Shown here: positions 12,553 through 25,571 of the stretch, piece after piece
How the letters are laid out: each line of letters starts with the position of its first letter
How positions within the stretch are numbered: the stretch's first letter is position 1
Origin: Chromera velia
Taxonomy: Eukaryota
Assembly: GCA_018398765.1 (NCBI GenBank)
Contig: JAHBMJ010000354.1
Location: forward strand, 1 to 49,834
Length of the DNA: 49,834 bases
Direction of reading: 5' to 3'
Translations under genes and position numbers: made by a program
The notes under the pieces: model-generated
Told to the model about the DNA's origin: nothing
Seen by the model: only the letters and a program-made list of their open reading frames with translations
Database searches by the model: none

Positions 12553-12837
12553 CACGGGCAGACACACCAACATACATGTAGACACACTGGGAGGCTAACG
12601 CATGGACGCACGGCAGCTGTTCCTGTACCCCTCCCTCCCATCAACTGAATTGCTTGCAAGACGGAGTGAGTATCTGATGATCTCAGCTGATCATCAATCG
12701 GATTGTTCTGATTGAGCCAATTACCCAAACCCCAATTCATCGACCCATGGGCTGACTGAAAAACAATCAAGATAAAGAACAAAACACGAATCGAGCTGCT
12801 CATTCACATTTGCTTAATTGACCCGACTCAACTCAAC

Positions 12838-14122
12838 TCAACGGTGAGTGAATGCTCCAGTGTTTGCTGCAACATGGGGATTTTGATATCTGTTGGTTAC
12901 TCGTGCCCCCTTGGTTCTCGAAAAGTCCAGACCTCCGTTGGGCACAGGCTCGTTCGGGTCCGCCGCGTCGGGGGCGATGCGGGGAAGAAGGAGGAAGGTC
13001 GACCGGCGCGCCCTCTCAACAGGGGACGTCTGCAGGTATTTTGCCCTCCCTGCAAACATAAGAAATAAACATTTTTCAGCTAACAGTAATCATTTTTTGA
13101 TGTTCTGATGATGGATGGAAACTTTCTTGTAACTGCATGTGCTGGCTGGGCATGTATCACCGTTTGCGCAAGAGGCAGAGGCAGGGAGAGAAAGGGAGGC
13201 AAACAGGGGGATGAGGACAGAGAAAGAGAGTGTGCTTTCCTCCCATGTCTGTTCCCTGTGCTTTCCTCCCATGTCTGTTCCCTCTAGGGCCCGTGTGTGC
13301 TTTCCTCCCATGTCTGTTCCCTCTAGGGCCCGTGTGTGCTTTCCTCCCATGTCTGTTCCCTGTGCTTTCCTCCCATGTCTGTTCTCTCTAGGGCCCGTCA
13401 GCCAGTCGGTAAGTCCATTACGTGCTCTCTCTTTGAGCCTGTCATCATCTGTTCAGACCTTCCGTACCAGCTTTTCTCTCTTCCTGTTTTTGTACCAGTT
13501 TTTTTCTCTGTCTCGTTTCCCTTTTTTGACGTGTCCTGCACATCGATCGTCTTTTGCACATCGCTCCAATGTCCATCCATCCATCCATCCATGAAGGCGG
13601 GCGGGCGGGCAAGAAAACGGACTGCATGATCGACAAGCAGACAGACAGACAGACAGACAGACAGACCGACAGACAGACAGACAGACGTACCTGCTGGGCG
13701 AGGGGGTGACGTGACGGCATTCTCGTCGGAAGTCCTGAAGGAAAAAGGAGGAGGAGAAGCCTGGCGGGGGCTGTGACTCCTTGTCTGAAGTTCCCCTCCT
13801 CCACTCTCCCTCTCCTTAATTGCGGCTTTGGAGTTTCCCTTTCCCCCCCCTCCCTTTCCCAGACCCGGAGAGACAGAGAAGTTCCGAACAGGCCATCCAC
13901 CGTAGGCCGTGTACGCTTCGACGGGGGTGCGGTAGAGAGCGTTTATGGGGTGCCGATAGCTCTGCATGCATGAGAGGATCAGGTAGGAACGAAGGGAAGA
14001 AGGATCATCAACACACTCATGCACACCAGAAAGAGCTTAGGCAAACTCATCGGGGAAATATGGATACAGCACAACGGAGCAAATGTATTCACAGTCCCTA
14101 CCCAACCCCCCTCGCCCGCGCA

Positions 14123-14204
<82 letters not shown>

Positions 14205-15251
14205 GGGGGGCAGAGGAGCTTGTCCTTTGGGGCATGTATCCTCAAAGGGGTAATTAAGGGGATCTCTGGTTTTCTTCAATTCAATTCAATCCAGAGAGCG
14301 CTGGAACGAACGAACTTGATCCTACGGGTCTGCGCATCCGGCAATGCGTGTGCCAGAGTTTGCACAAATACACCAAACGCAGCATGCAATAATGACGCGT
14401 TTTCATGCTCATGCATGGCCACAGATGCCATCCAGAGCAAGCAAACATGCATGCAAGCAACACCCGGCCGGCCACCAACCTTTGGGAGTCGCGGACTCAC
14501 AACGTTCCCTTTTGGTTGTGAGAGTCTGCTTGTTTCTGCTTCCTGGTACATTGCCAGTCTCTGAGTTTGCGGTCGAGGTTTGTAACTCCACCCCTTGGCC
14601 TCTTCGTTTCTTCTCCTCTCTATCACGTCCAGCCGCTCCGGCAGTCTGCAAAGACAACATAAAACAACAAGACAATTAATTTGCCAGATCAAGGCAGAAT
14701 GTGTAGGAGGAGATGACACACTTTTGTTTTCTCATTTGGACAGATGACAGGCAGAAAACACTTGTTTTCTCATTTGGACAGATGACAGGCAGAACAAAAC
14801 GCAACAAGATAGCGCAGGGCAGAGAATGGCAAGGAAGGACAGGGCAGAACAGGGCAGAGCAAGGCATCAAACCGATGCAGCATGCATTCAGTGCGTACAC
14901 ACTGAACGCGCCGCCGTATACTGATGTGAAAACGCACAGTGAACTTATAGAACGGGGCTACATGTCGAAGAGGCACAGTGAAAAGCCTCCCAGCGAAGTC
15001 AACCACCACAGACGGATGCACTAGCAGACACAGTCATCTACATGGAATGCATGTGCATACGGTGCATGCATGCGCTCGTGTAGACGGACAGACCTTCGCG
15101 CCGTGAGGATCTCTGTGAGGATGCCGTTATTGTCGGGTGGAGCGCTTTGTCCATACGCCCGAAAGGTAACCGAAACGGGACGCCACGGAACGGGGGCAGA
15201 CGCAGCCACATAGGTGTCTCTGCCTGTTCCGTCAGCATGGTACGCAGGCAT
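12838..15251 (-). CDS. Uncharacterised 261-aa protein with N-terminal YxxDGTGRDTY motif; 4 exons: 15251-15094, 14645-14501, 13961-13691, 13049-12838
   Basis: GT-AG introns with phases 2, 0 and 1 join into a 786-nt frame ending in TGA: MPAYHADGTGRDTYV...ILTAR/RLPERLDVIERRRNEE...RLAMYQEAETSRLSQPKGNV/SYRHPINALYRTPVEAYTAYGGWP...RPA/GRAKYLQTSPVERARR...AFTHR*. The ATG directly follows CTGCAG, so an upstream exon is possible, and the 3' end could splice further. Confidence 0.75.
13231..13398. repeat. Intronic minisatellite: 26-bp core TGTGCTTTCCTCCCATGTCTGTTCCC x5 with an optional 13-bp TCTAGGGCCCGTG linker
   Basis: Cores start at 13231, 13257, 13296, 13335 and 13361. The linker follows copies 2, 3 and 5. 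Confidence 0.92.
14130..14201. repeat. Compound (CA)n(GA)n microsatellite
   Basis: Seen directly. Confidence 0.93.
14723..14794. repeat. Short intronic tandem duplication (TTGTTTTCTCATTTGGACAGATGACAGGCAGAA x2)
   Basis: Two adjacent near-identical copies are visible directly. Confidence 0.85.
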
Positions 15252-15659
15252 CTGCAGAATACTGGCTTTGTTCATCTCTCAATCAATTTGTCGATATCTT
15301 TTGAAATGAACAGGTGGATCACTTGCGCCCTCTCTTTGTGCTTAGCACAGCTTCGCGCGCTTCCTTTCGGTCCTGCGGTGCTGTCCTGTTTGCCTCTGTC
15401 TGGAGTCCTGGCCTCCTTCTGGCAGACGGATCGAAGGAATCGGTCAGACTCTCTGCATACGTTGTTGAGCGCAAAAGGAAAACAGGCTGGCACGTAGGTT
15501 GTTTGAGCGTTCAATGAAAGTTCTTAGTGCCTCGATGCTTGTATGCTTCGGCTGGTCTTCGATCGATCCCCTGCCTATACTCTTAAATTCGAATCAAGGA
15601 TGACACGAATGCAAGGAATTGAGTGGCCGCGGATCGCGATCGAAGGATGGAAACGCTCG

Positions 15660-16200
15660 ATCTATATATACGTACATATATGCATGTACGTACAGCTATG
15701 TATAGAAAATTCCGAATTTATAAATACACTTGCAAGAGTGGGCGCGCATTCGGGGGGCGGGGGGGGGTCCGTCGCGCATCGCGGCATGAGTAAATCTTTT
15801 CCTTTTCTCCTTTGAAATCCCGCGCCTTCGGCGGGACTAATTTTTCTCCCGGGCCTACGATACCTTTTTCTCCCAGCCCCCGTCCCTGATCATATACCGG
15901 ATCGTGTAATGTTGTGTGGACATGGCCCCGGAGGGCGGAGCGAGGCTTGAAACATGTTCGCACGGAGCTTTCCGCCCGGGGGGCACTTAATCCCTTCCTC
16001 CTCCGACAACCTGAGACGACGCTCACACATGCAGGCCCCGGCATATGCGCTCACAACTTGACGCAGCGGCCCCTGCATGCATGCATGAATGGCCCCGCGG
16101 AGGGCGGAGCTGTAATTCATTCATGCCCTCCGGGGCCTTTGGAGTTGCGAGCGGAGCGAGCGCCTCTGTAGCTGTACAATTTGGGCGTTGACAAAAAGTT
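15660..16200. promoter_or_regulatory. Putative bidirectional promoter between the DGTGRD gene (-) and the giant gene (+)
   Basis: GC-rich island between head-to-head genes. Contains repeated GGCCCC(GC)GGAGGGC (near 15924, 16091 and inverted near 16125), GGGGGCACTTAA (15979-15990) and TGCATGCA. Confidence 0.5.
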
Positions 16201-16425
16201 TTCTTTTCTCTGCTTTACAAAACGTGATGATTGAGGGTTCGCTTTACCAAACCGTGACTGTCAGTCTTCTTTTTGCGTTGATTTGGACGGCGTCAAAGGC
16301 TCGAGGTGTACCGCTTAATTTGGAATTTGTGCGTTAGTCAACGACAGTCTCTTTTGATCCTCGTATACAGAGGTACGTGACTCTTTTCTTCAAGTGACTG
16401 GTCCTTACCTCGAAACTTCATTCCC

Positions 16426-19400
16426 ATGTCTTCTAGAAGCTGTGAAGACGGAACTTACAAGGGAGACCCACCTTTCTCCTCTGTGTGTGAAATTATGGAG
16501 AGGGAAGCAGAACGTGAAAAAGAGAGGAATGCAACAGAATCGTCCCTTTTGCGATCTCGCGCCCTCTCCGTTGCTCTTCGCTTTAGCGCTTCCCTCTCTC
16601 TCTGCTTACCAAAGACGCTAACGACGAATGTAAAATCGGCACAACAGCACACGAACGCCTCTCAGGCGGCGCTTTCACGAAGGGGGGCGAGGGAGGCAGA
16701 GGGGGGAGACGCTTCACTTCCCTCAAGTTCTTCGATCCCTTCTTCCTCTCCACCTCTATCTCGTGGCCTGCCGAAACTCTTCACAGGCGCAGACACTGTG
16801 GTTGATGAGGTCCGTGTGTACGACAGTCTGTGCAGACTCATGTGACAGCCAGAGGGGCAGGGAGGGAAAGGCTTACACGCGCAGTGAATCGTCTTCGGCG
16901 GTCGGGAGACGGCAGAGTTGAATTCCGCTCCCTCACTCCTTCTCATTCGTGTCGACAAACACTTCCGGTCTTCCACTTGTCTTTCGCCACGAGAAGATCT
17001 TTCGTGACACTACAAAGGAATGTTGATGAATGCTTCTCTGTATGAAAGTAAATGCGTGACACTACAAAGGAATATTGATGAATGCTTCTCTGTATGAAAG
17101 TAAATGCGTGACACTACAAAGGAATATTGATGAATGCTTCTCTGTATGAAAGTAAATGCGTGACACTACAAAGGAATATTGATGAATGCTTCTCTGTATG
17201 AAAGTAAATGCGTGACACTACAAAGGAATATTGATGAATAGTCCTTCGCCCTGCCTTGAGTCACCACCCTGAGCACGTACGCAACCATTTGCATGCATGT
17301 ATGTATGGATGGATGTATAGAATCACACGTGTGTAGTTTTTTTTTGCGTGTCCGCGAGGCCTCATCCCGTAGTATGCCGACAAATGGGCATCATGAGCTT
17401 GTCTGTAAGTTAAGTGACTGACTGAGTTTCAAATTTGCATGGGCTTCATGTACTGCAGTGGATAAGTGCCTCCTGCGACGATCTTCCGTCGGACATCCAA
17501 GCAGCAGAACGTGCCTCTGCTGGAGATGATGGAGGAATCTCGAGGGGTGGGAGAGGGGGCAAGGAACAGAGGGAAGATTTTGACAGCAGCTCTGGTATTG
17601 ACGCACAAACCACCGCGTGTGCTCCGGGAGAAGGAAAGAGGGGTGACCACAGGGGAGAGCAGTCCGAAGGTTTCCTACCCCCCCTGCCTCTAGATTTGTT
17701 GTTGCACCCACCCTCGGTCCATTCGCATCCCCATCCCCATCCCCTCACAGCAGGTGGCCACTTGAGTGAACCGTTGCCCTCCGGTTTTCTGGAGATTAGC
17801 AAGGCACTTACCTTCCTTCGAGACGCGAAAGTGTCGTTCAGGTACGTCCGTTTCTGTGCGTTGGAATGAAAACAGAGAAGAGGAGAGGAGAGAAAGCACG
17901 CTTTTCGCTTACTTTGGGTCCTTTAATGAAAGTGATAACGCGGTCATCTGCCTGCCTGCCTGCATGCGTGCGCTTGTATGTTCATGCATGCAGGTTTCTC
18001 CTCCTGCGTTTCTCCCGGGGCAGCGGCTTGGAGAAGAAGCCGCCGCCTTTGCCTGTTGTCTCGTCGTCCGGCAGCAGCCGTCTCGAAGAACCAGTAGATG
18101 TTGGGAACAAGACTCAGGCTGGCAGCAGCGTCCTGCTGACTGAGGAGGCAAACACTGTAGGCAGGGGGGGAGGGGAGAATTCGGGGTCAGGCTCCTCAAC
18201 GAGTCTTACCTCTTCCTCTTCCTCTACCTCCTCCGCCCCCCTCTCGTCACTTTGTTCTTCCAGTCGTCTTCGTCTTCAGAGTGATGAAAGCGGAAGTGGA
18301 ACAAGAACAAGCAGGCTTGGACAGGCCGGGCTTGGTCTTGGGCTTGGGCTTGGGGTGGGGGGTGGCAGTGGGGGTGGCCTTATGGGAACGGGGGGCATGG
18401 GGGGCATGCGACTCCGCCTGGCTGAGTTGACCGACTCCGACGTCATTTGCGGCATCTTGGTGAGTTGTTAGTTGAGTAGTGAGATGGCAGACTGACGACA
18501 GATGAAAGACCTGGCTCTTACATAATGAGGGGACAACGCGCGAAGGCGAGAGACAGAGAGACAGATAGCCAGTCTCATTCAGTGAAAGGCTCTCTTGCAT
18601 ACGCAACCTCCAGCACACAGAGAGAGAGAGAGAGACGGGGGTGCCGACTGTGACGCAGTCAGAGAGGAAAAAGGAGTAGCTCTACCTTCATGTCTAGAGA
18701 GAGCCATGCAGAGCTAAGCATGCGTTTGTTTCGCAGTCACCCTTAAATTACACAGCGCATTCTAACTCCTGCCTGCAATCTGATTGACTTCCTGCCTACC
18801 TGCCTGCGTCCACCTTTTCTTTCTTTGTTGCTCGGGTTGACGGCCTTCACTCCTTCTTGCTGCCTGCCTGCCTTGCTTCCTTCCTTTCCTGCTCCCTCAT
18901 TTGCCCTACCTACAGATTCATGGAGGGCTGTGTCAAGTGAATCGCCGTCTGCGCACGTTCTTGTGCGACGGACGAAAGACCTTTCAGCTGATTCAGATCG
19001 AAGACTATAAGAGGAGTGCGAGGAAGAGGAGGAGAGAGAGAATGCAGATCGAAAGAGAGAAACAGTTGAAGGAGAAAGAGCTGCAGCAGCCTGCAGCAGG
19101 GAACGGGAACGGAAAAGCGCCACAGCAGATGCAGCAGCAGCAGCCACCCTCCGTTGCAAGTGTCGCTTTGAGTCTTCCTGCTGACCATGGGGGCAATGGC
19201 CACGGTGGTTGTACTGCTACTCCTACTCCTGGTGGAAGCGGAGTAACAAGGCCGGAGAGAGAGAGCTTGAGGGAAGGTCCACAAGACTGCAAATCGTCCT
19301 ACGTGGGAGAGAAAGAGATTGAAGGCTCGAGTTCCCATGCCTTGCGGATGAAACCGCATGTCAAGCAGGAGGGACAGGAGTGGGTGTTTGTGAAAGAGAA

Positions 19401-22400
19401 GAGTGAAAGTAGCAGTAGCAGTAGCAGTGGTTGTAGTGATGGCAGTAGGGATTTGCCTGACTGCAAGGCAGGTACGGGGGTGTCTAGTAGTCTTATTAGA
19501 GAGAGGGAGAAGGAGAGGGAAGATCCGGGTGGAGAAGCAGAAGCAGAAGCAGGAGAAAGCTTTTTCGAAGCAGAGACTGGTCAAGCAGCCTTCACAGAGA
19601 ATGCACAGCAGAGACAGAGAAGCTCAATTCCTCCTGATGAACTTAGGTGGACCGAAGGAGGAGAAAGAGAAAGAGAGACCATACCCTTAGGTCTCCCTTC
19701 CTCTTCTTCTTCTTCTTCTTCTTCGTTTCATTTGCGTCCCTTGGACCCCTTCGACACTGCCGGACCGCCAAAAGAAAGTCTTTCTCCCGAGGAAGACGGC
19801 GTTGGCAAATCCATCCCCCGTCCTGCAGAGAGCTTACGCACGCGAGTGAGCGAGCAGGCTGGCGAGGTCGAGCGGTGCCGCTCTGCAAGCGCACGCGAAT
19901 CGTCGGTCTACTCGGACCGTCCTTCTCGGCCCGGTTCTCCATTCGCGTGTGTGTTAAAAGGGGGTCTGGGCGGGGGTAAGAAAGAACGGGGGGAGAGAGG
20001 AGAAGGAGAAAGCCTCCACACGGGGCGGCCGAAGGGAGCGACTGGTGAACTCTCCCCCCCAACCCCAACTTCAGCCAGCAGTGAGTGTTTCCGCATGATC
20101 GGCAGCGGGGGGAGCAGGGCAGCAGACACTTGGAGCGAGGGCCGGGGGGGGGGAAACAGGACATCATCATTTCTTCACTCAGAAGAAGATGAGCAGAGAC
20201 CAAGGAGGATGGGCAGAGGCAGGGGGGCTGTTCACCCTCTGTCCCTTCCCCTCCACCCGCGAACAGAAGACAATACCTCTCCGTCCGCTGCCGCCAACGC
20301 CCCCCCAGCAGGAGGCCGTTTCTCTCTCTCTCCTCCTGGCAATTCTCCGACCGCAGCCAGCAGCAGTGCGGCCTTCTGTTGCGGTGGCGCAGTCCGACCG
20401 AATAATCGGGAGGGAGACTTCAGGGATCTGCATCTGCTGCACCACCCGCTCCATGCACCCCCCTCCTCCAGCGGAACCACCGCTCCTCTGACTCCGACCG
20501 TCCCCCCAACGAACCCCGGCAGTTTGTACTCTGAGCCTGAGGAAGAAGAAGACGAGGAGCAGGAGGACGGTAACGATGGGGGCAGCTCAGTCGTGTTCTG
20601 CCGCCGGGGTCGTTTTTCCTCTAGCTCGCCTTCGTCTTCTTCCGCCTCCTCTTCTTCGTTTGCTGGAGCCCCGTTGTCGACCTCAGCATCAGGAGTCTGC
20701 CCGCCGCCTGCAGGTCTAGAGAGGGGGGGCACAAAAGGGCAGCTGCTGTCTTCTGCAGATGAGGGTGCACACCCCTGCTTAGGCACCCCCCCCCCGTCTC
20801 CGGGGCTTTCACCTCAGACCTCTAGCCTTTTCGCTTTTCCGCCTGCCGCCTGCAGAGATGCTTCGGGGGGTGGCCAGGGAGGGGAAAGAGGAGGAGGAGG
20901 AAAAAAAGGCGTAGAGCAGCAGCAACGGTGTGTGTGCGGAAGGGCAGGCAGGCGGGGGGAGAGGAGAAAAGTGGTTCCAGAGAAGTCAACAAAGGCACAT
21001 GGGGGAAGAGCGTATTGCTCTCAAGGCAGCACCAAGAGAGAGAGAGAGGAGGCAACATGCCGCGCGTCCTCCCCTTTGCTTTGTGCGAAGCTAGCCGCTG
21101 AGCAGTTGAGCTTGAACTTGAAAGGAAGGGGAAGTGAGGACGGTTTGGGACTTTCTGCTGTGGCCGTCAGCAGTCATATCAATAATACTGGGGGTGTTAG
21201 GGCATCTGGGGGTAGAGGTAGAGAGACGACTCATGGAGACGGCTTTGTAAGGGAGAGAGATAGAAGTCCCGCCAGTTCCTTCGACGGTCGGGAGGGGGTT
21301 GGGGAAGATAGAGATGGAGACAGCGACAGTTCGGGAGAAGAGGACGATAGGCTTTTGCCACGATGTGTGTGTTGCCCCCGCTCCGCCTACTCAGTCTCCT
21401 TTTCCCCCTCCTTGTCTCATCGTTCTTCTCCAAGGTCAGATGATGATGAGGAGGAGGCAGAGGAGGAGGTAGAGGGAGGACCAGAAAGAGAAAGAGAAAG
21501 AGAAAGAAAGTCGTGCAGCCGGTTCGCTTCTGATTCTGGTTTTGGTGTCGCGCCGTCTTCGTCTGTGTCCTCCTCGTCCTCGGCAGCCTCTGTTGATACA
21601 GCAGCAGCAGCAGCCGCAAAAGGAGAGAGAGAAACAGAGGAAACTGGTCGGTCCACGGTTTCACCCCTGACGTGCGCCCTTTCACCTCGTGCGGCACAAA
21701 GTCAAGCACAATCAGGGGCACGTGAAGGTCCTTGTGAAGTGAGTGGAGGTAGAAAGAGTGGCTGCCGGGAAAAAGAAGAGGATGGGCGTTCGAATTCCTC
21801 CTCGTCTTGCTGTACGCCCCCGGCCTCTGCCCATGAGAAGGAGCGCGAAGGGGCGGCGGAAGGGTTGTCTGACGTACCTTCTCACACTCATGGAAGTGAC
21901 CGCGGGGGGGGGGTACCTGTAGTTCCTCAAGCCGGACGAGGCGCACATGGGCATAGTAGCGTGAGGGGGGAGATGAGAGAAAGGGTCAGCAGGTCAGGCG
22001 GCGGGATCGAGTTCTGTTTGCCCCTACCGCCTACAGTTTGCCTTGGTGGTGAAGACTCGATCTTGATTTCAGTCGACCCGGAGAGGGGTGAGGAGGTCCA
22101 GGCTCTGTGGGTGGCCGTGGCTGTGGCCTCAGCGAAGGAGTGGGAAAGCCCTCCTGAAGGGAAGCCGGGCATTCAAGGAGAAGGTCAGTCGGCCCGACCA
22201 GGAGAGGCCGTCCGTCCGTCCAGGCTTTTTTTTTCTTCGTTTTATTCTCTTGAAAGAAATGCATGGAGTGCCTGCATGTCTGTGACACGGTTCGAGTGTT
22301 GCGGCAGGTCACTGTGCTTCGCAAAGTGTGCAGATGTCACTGTGGGGACGCGCCAGTGTACACATGTGTATACACATAGATATGCATGCATGTGTATGTG

Positions 22401-25400
22401 TGTGTGTGCGTGCGTGAGTGAATGTGCGCGCAGATTCATCTGCGGGCACTTCATTGAAGGCTTCGAAGGCGGGTGGTGGTGTCTCCTCATCCTTAAAGAA
22501 GCGTCAAACAGGTGGAGGGTCTGGAAGTAGCATGACAGCAAGAGGAAAAGGATCCGATTTTTCGTCTTCCTTGCGGGTGGCGGCGAGTGGAGCCTCGGGC
22601 TCGGGGGTTCGGGGCGGGTCCAGTGGAGGTTTGAGGCCGGGGGGGGCAACTTGGGCCGGGGCGGGTGCGGGGGCAGCAGATGGCAGTGCTAGTGGTAGTT
22701 GTGGCGGGAGCACTATCGGTTGTAGAGAGAGAGACGCGATTCGGAGCGGTAGTAGGCAGTTGGGCGGTGGAAATTGTGGGTCTGTTGGGAGTGGTGGTGG
22801 AAGCGGAAGCGGTCGTGGGGGGAATCCAGATTCTCATTCGGATTCTTTGGAAATTGTTCAAGGTCAGCAGCCATGCGAGAACTCAGTCAGTGCACTGGAA
22901 GCGAAGAAGCGAGATTGATCTAGGTGCAGGTGCGTGCAAGTGGGTTTCGGCACGTGAAACGTTCACACGCGTGCGTCATGGGACTTCACCCTGTCAACTG
23001 TATTCGCTGAAGTTTCTTGAAACTCAGCCGCCCCCAGAAGGAAGGCTTTGGGTGTCGAACTCAATTTGAATGCTCAGAATGACTGCTAGCTGTTTTGGCA
23101 ATCGGTACGTTGTTTCCGTCCGTCTGTCTGTTTTCCTGTCCATCCGTTCACAACAAACGTTTATCGTTCTCTCTCACCCAAAGGATGAGAAACAAACAAG
23201 TTGATTAATCATTCTTTCGATCGTGGCCTTGACTTCGTCGGTGTGCGCACAATTTGATTCTTTAATTGTGGTGCATTCCTTTCCTTTCCCTTGTTGTACA
23301 TGAATGAAGGACACGCACGTGTCGATATATCAACGCATGCAGGTCTGTGCGTTGGTACCTTGGGAGATCTGGTCTCCCGTGTGAAGGCTCGTCGGTTGAT
23401 GTCTCTGTCCTCTTCTCCTTCTCCCACATCTGAGAGTGACAAAGCGGTCGCTTCTTCCTCTTCCTCCTCCTCTTCCTCGTCTTCCCAGTTGTGCTCTTCT
23501 TCATTTCCTTCGAGAGACGGCCCGCAAGTCAACTCGAATGGCGCTGTTTCGCCGACTTACCCGTCTTCTGCTCATGCTCGTGAAAGCCGAACCGCACGTT
23601 TAAGTGAAACCGGGGAGAGGGGTGAGGCTGGTGGAGATCCGAGAGGCGTAAGGGAAGGGGAAGGGGAAGGGAGGGAAGCGTCGAGCAGGGGAGAAAGGGA
23701 GTGTGGTTCTTCGTCGGCATTCATTGAGTTGGAACGAGAACGGGCAAAACACAAAGAGTCGTCTCTGGAGGGGGCGGGGAAGAAAGAGAGCAGTCCGGCA
23801 GTACGCTCTCCTTCTCCTGTTTTGTATCGCAATGATGACTTCGCACTCTTCTCACAGCAGCAGGGCGGAAGGAAAGAAGAGTTTTCAAGCAGGGGTCAAG
23901 AGAGGGAGTGGGGAGTCGCCTCGTCGAATGTGGAAGAGGATGGAGGAGGTCGAAGGACCCGCTCAGCCGCGACAGAGGAAGGCAAAAGGTCTCGAGATCA
24001 AAGTAGGGCAGGGGGGTTCCATGATAGAGGGGGAATGACCACAAAAGATCAAAAGCCAAGCAAAGGACAGCCCATTTTGTTGGGTGGAACTTCAGGCCAC
24101 CAGACTGAGAAAGGCATGGAGATGGAAAAAGCGGCAAGGGAAAAGGAAGAGGAAGAGGAAGAGAGTGGTCATCACGGCGCAGGCAGAGGAGAGGAACTGG
24201 AGGATGTATCGCGACGTGCGGTAAATTTAGTCATTGAACGTGTTTTGCGCTCTCTCTCTTCTTCCCTTTGGTCTTCAGCGTCTCAGTCGTCAGACTCTGT
24301 CCCCACCCACACCCCCATCACCCGAAAGCAGCCCCCCGAAGAGAAAGAGACGTTGCGTAAGAAGAAGAAGAAGGAGAGAAAAGGAAATGTGGTCAGAAAA
24401 GAGATTGTTGATCCAACCTCAGCAGTAAAGAGAGACGGAGGACCCAAAGTGAAACCAATCGTCGTTGAAATAATTCCACTGACAGAGGATGGCACCTCGC
24501 CTGCTGGGCGATGCACTTCGTCGCTCGCCTCCCTTGCCGATGGTCCCGTTGAGCTCGTGAGGGTTTCGAAGAAGGGCGTGACGGACAAAACAACAAAAGA
24601 GACAGATGAGCAGGTCAGGGTGGGAGAACGAAACGACTCAGGAAGAGTATCGGTTCAAGCACAGCCTGAGGTGAAAAGGAAGGGGAAGAAGAAAAGACGG
24701 AAACACGAACGTGACAGTCGAAGCAGCAGCACGACAGTAGAGAGCCACAAGGATCCCCCCACTGCTTCTTTTTCTGCCTCTTTGTCGTCTACGTCCCCGA
24801 CTCTCCAGGTGCTCTCCCCGCTTCCTCCAATCCGGAGTGAACTTAAAAATCACTCCCCTGCTGCGTTTTGTGGCAGCAGCCCCACTGGCTTGCCTGCTCC
24901 TCCTCTAGGTGGCATCGATGTTGTTTGCGGAATGGTGGTTGGGGGCGGAGGGGGGGTGAGTGGGGGTCATGAATCTTCTTCGTCAGCTGGGACGAAGAAG
25001 AAGAAAAATAGTGCCCCCGAGAGTCAGGCAGAGGCAGACGCAGAGGCAGTGGGGCATGAGGAGACAGAATCAAGTGGGGAGAGAGAAAAAGCGCGATCGT
25101 CAGAAGAGCAAAAAAGAGGCAAGACGGAAGGGGAAAAGGGTCGGCCGGGTAGGGCGCACAACCATGTGACACACACCCCACGAGAGAGTGGTTCGGGGGA
25201 AGAGGGAGGGTCTCGTGATGATCATGGACGGATCGAGTCCTCTGCCTCCTCTCAGTTGAGAACACAAATATCGGAACGACGAAATGGCAGCACAAAAAGC
25301 AGCCCCCTCTGTTCAGGCTCGAGGGCGAGGGCGACTGATCTTCCCACTGAAGCCCCCACGGGGACGGGGGGGAGCCCAGGTGCCCTTCGCCGACCGTCTC

Positions 25401-25538
25401 CCACCTCCAGGGGGGCCTCCACAGGCACAGGGTTCAGAGCGACCAGTCTGACAACCACATTGGCGCCCAACGTTCCGTCCACGGTCAGTCAGTCAGGCAG
25501 TCAGGCAGTAGGAGCAGAAGTTGGTGAAAGAAATTGAC

Positions 25539-25571
<33 letters not shown>

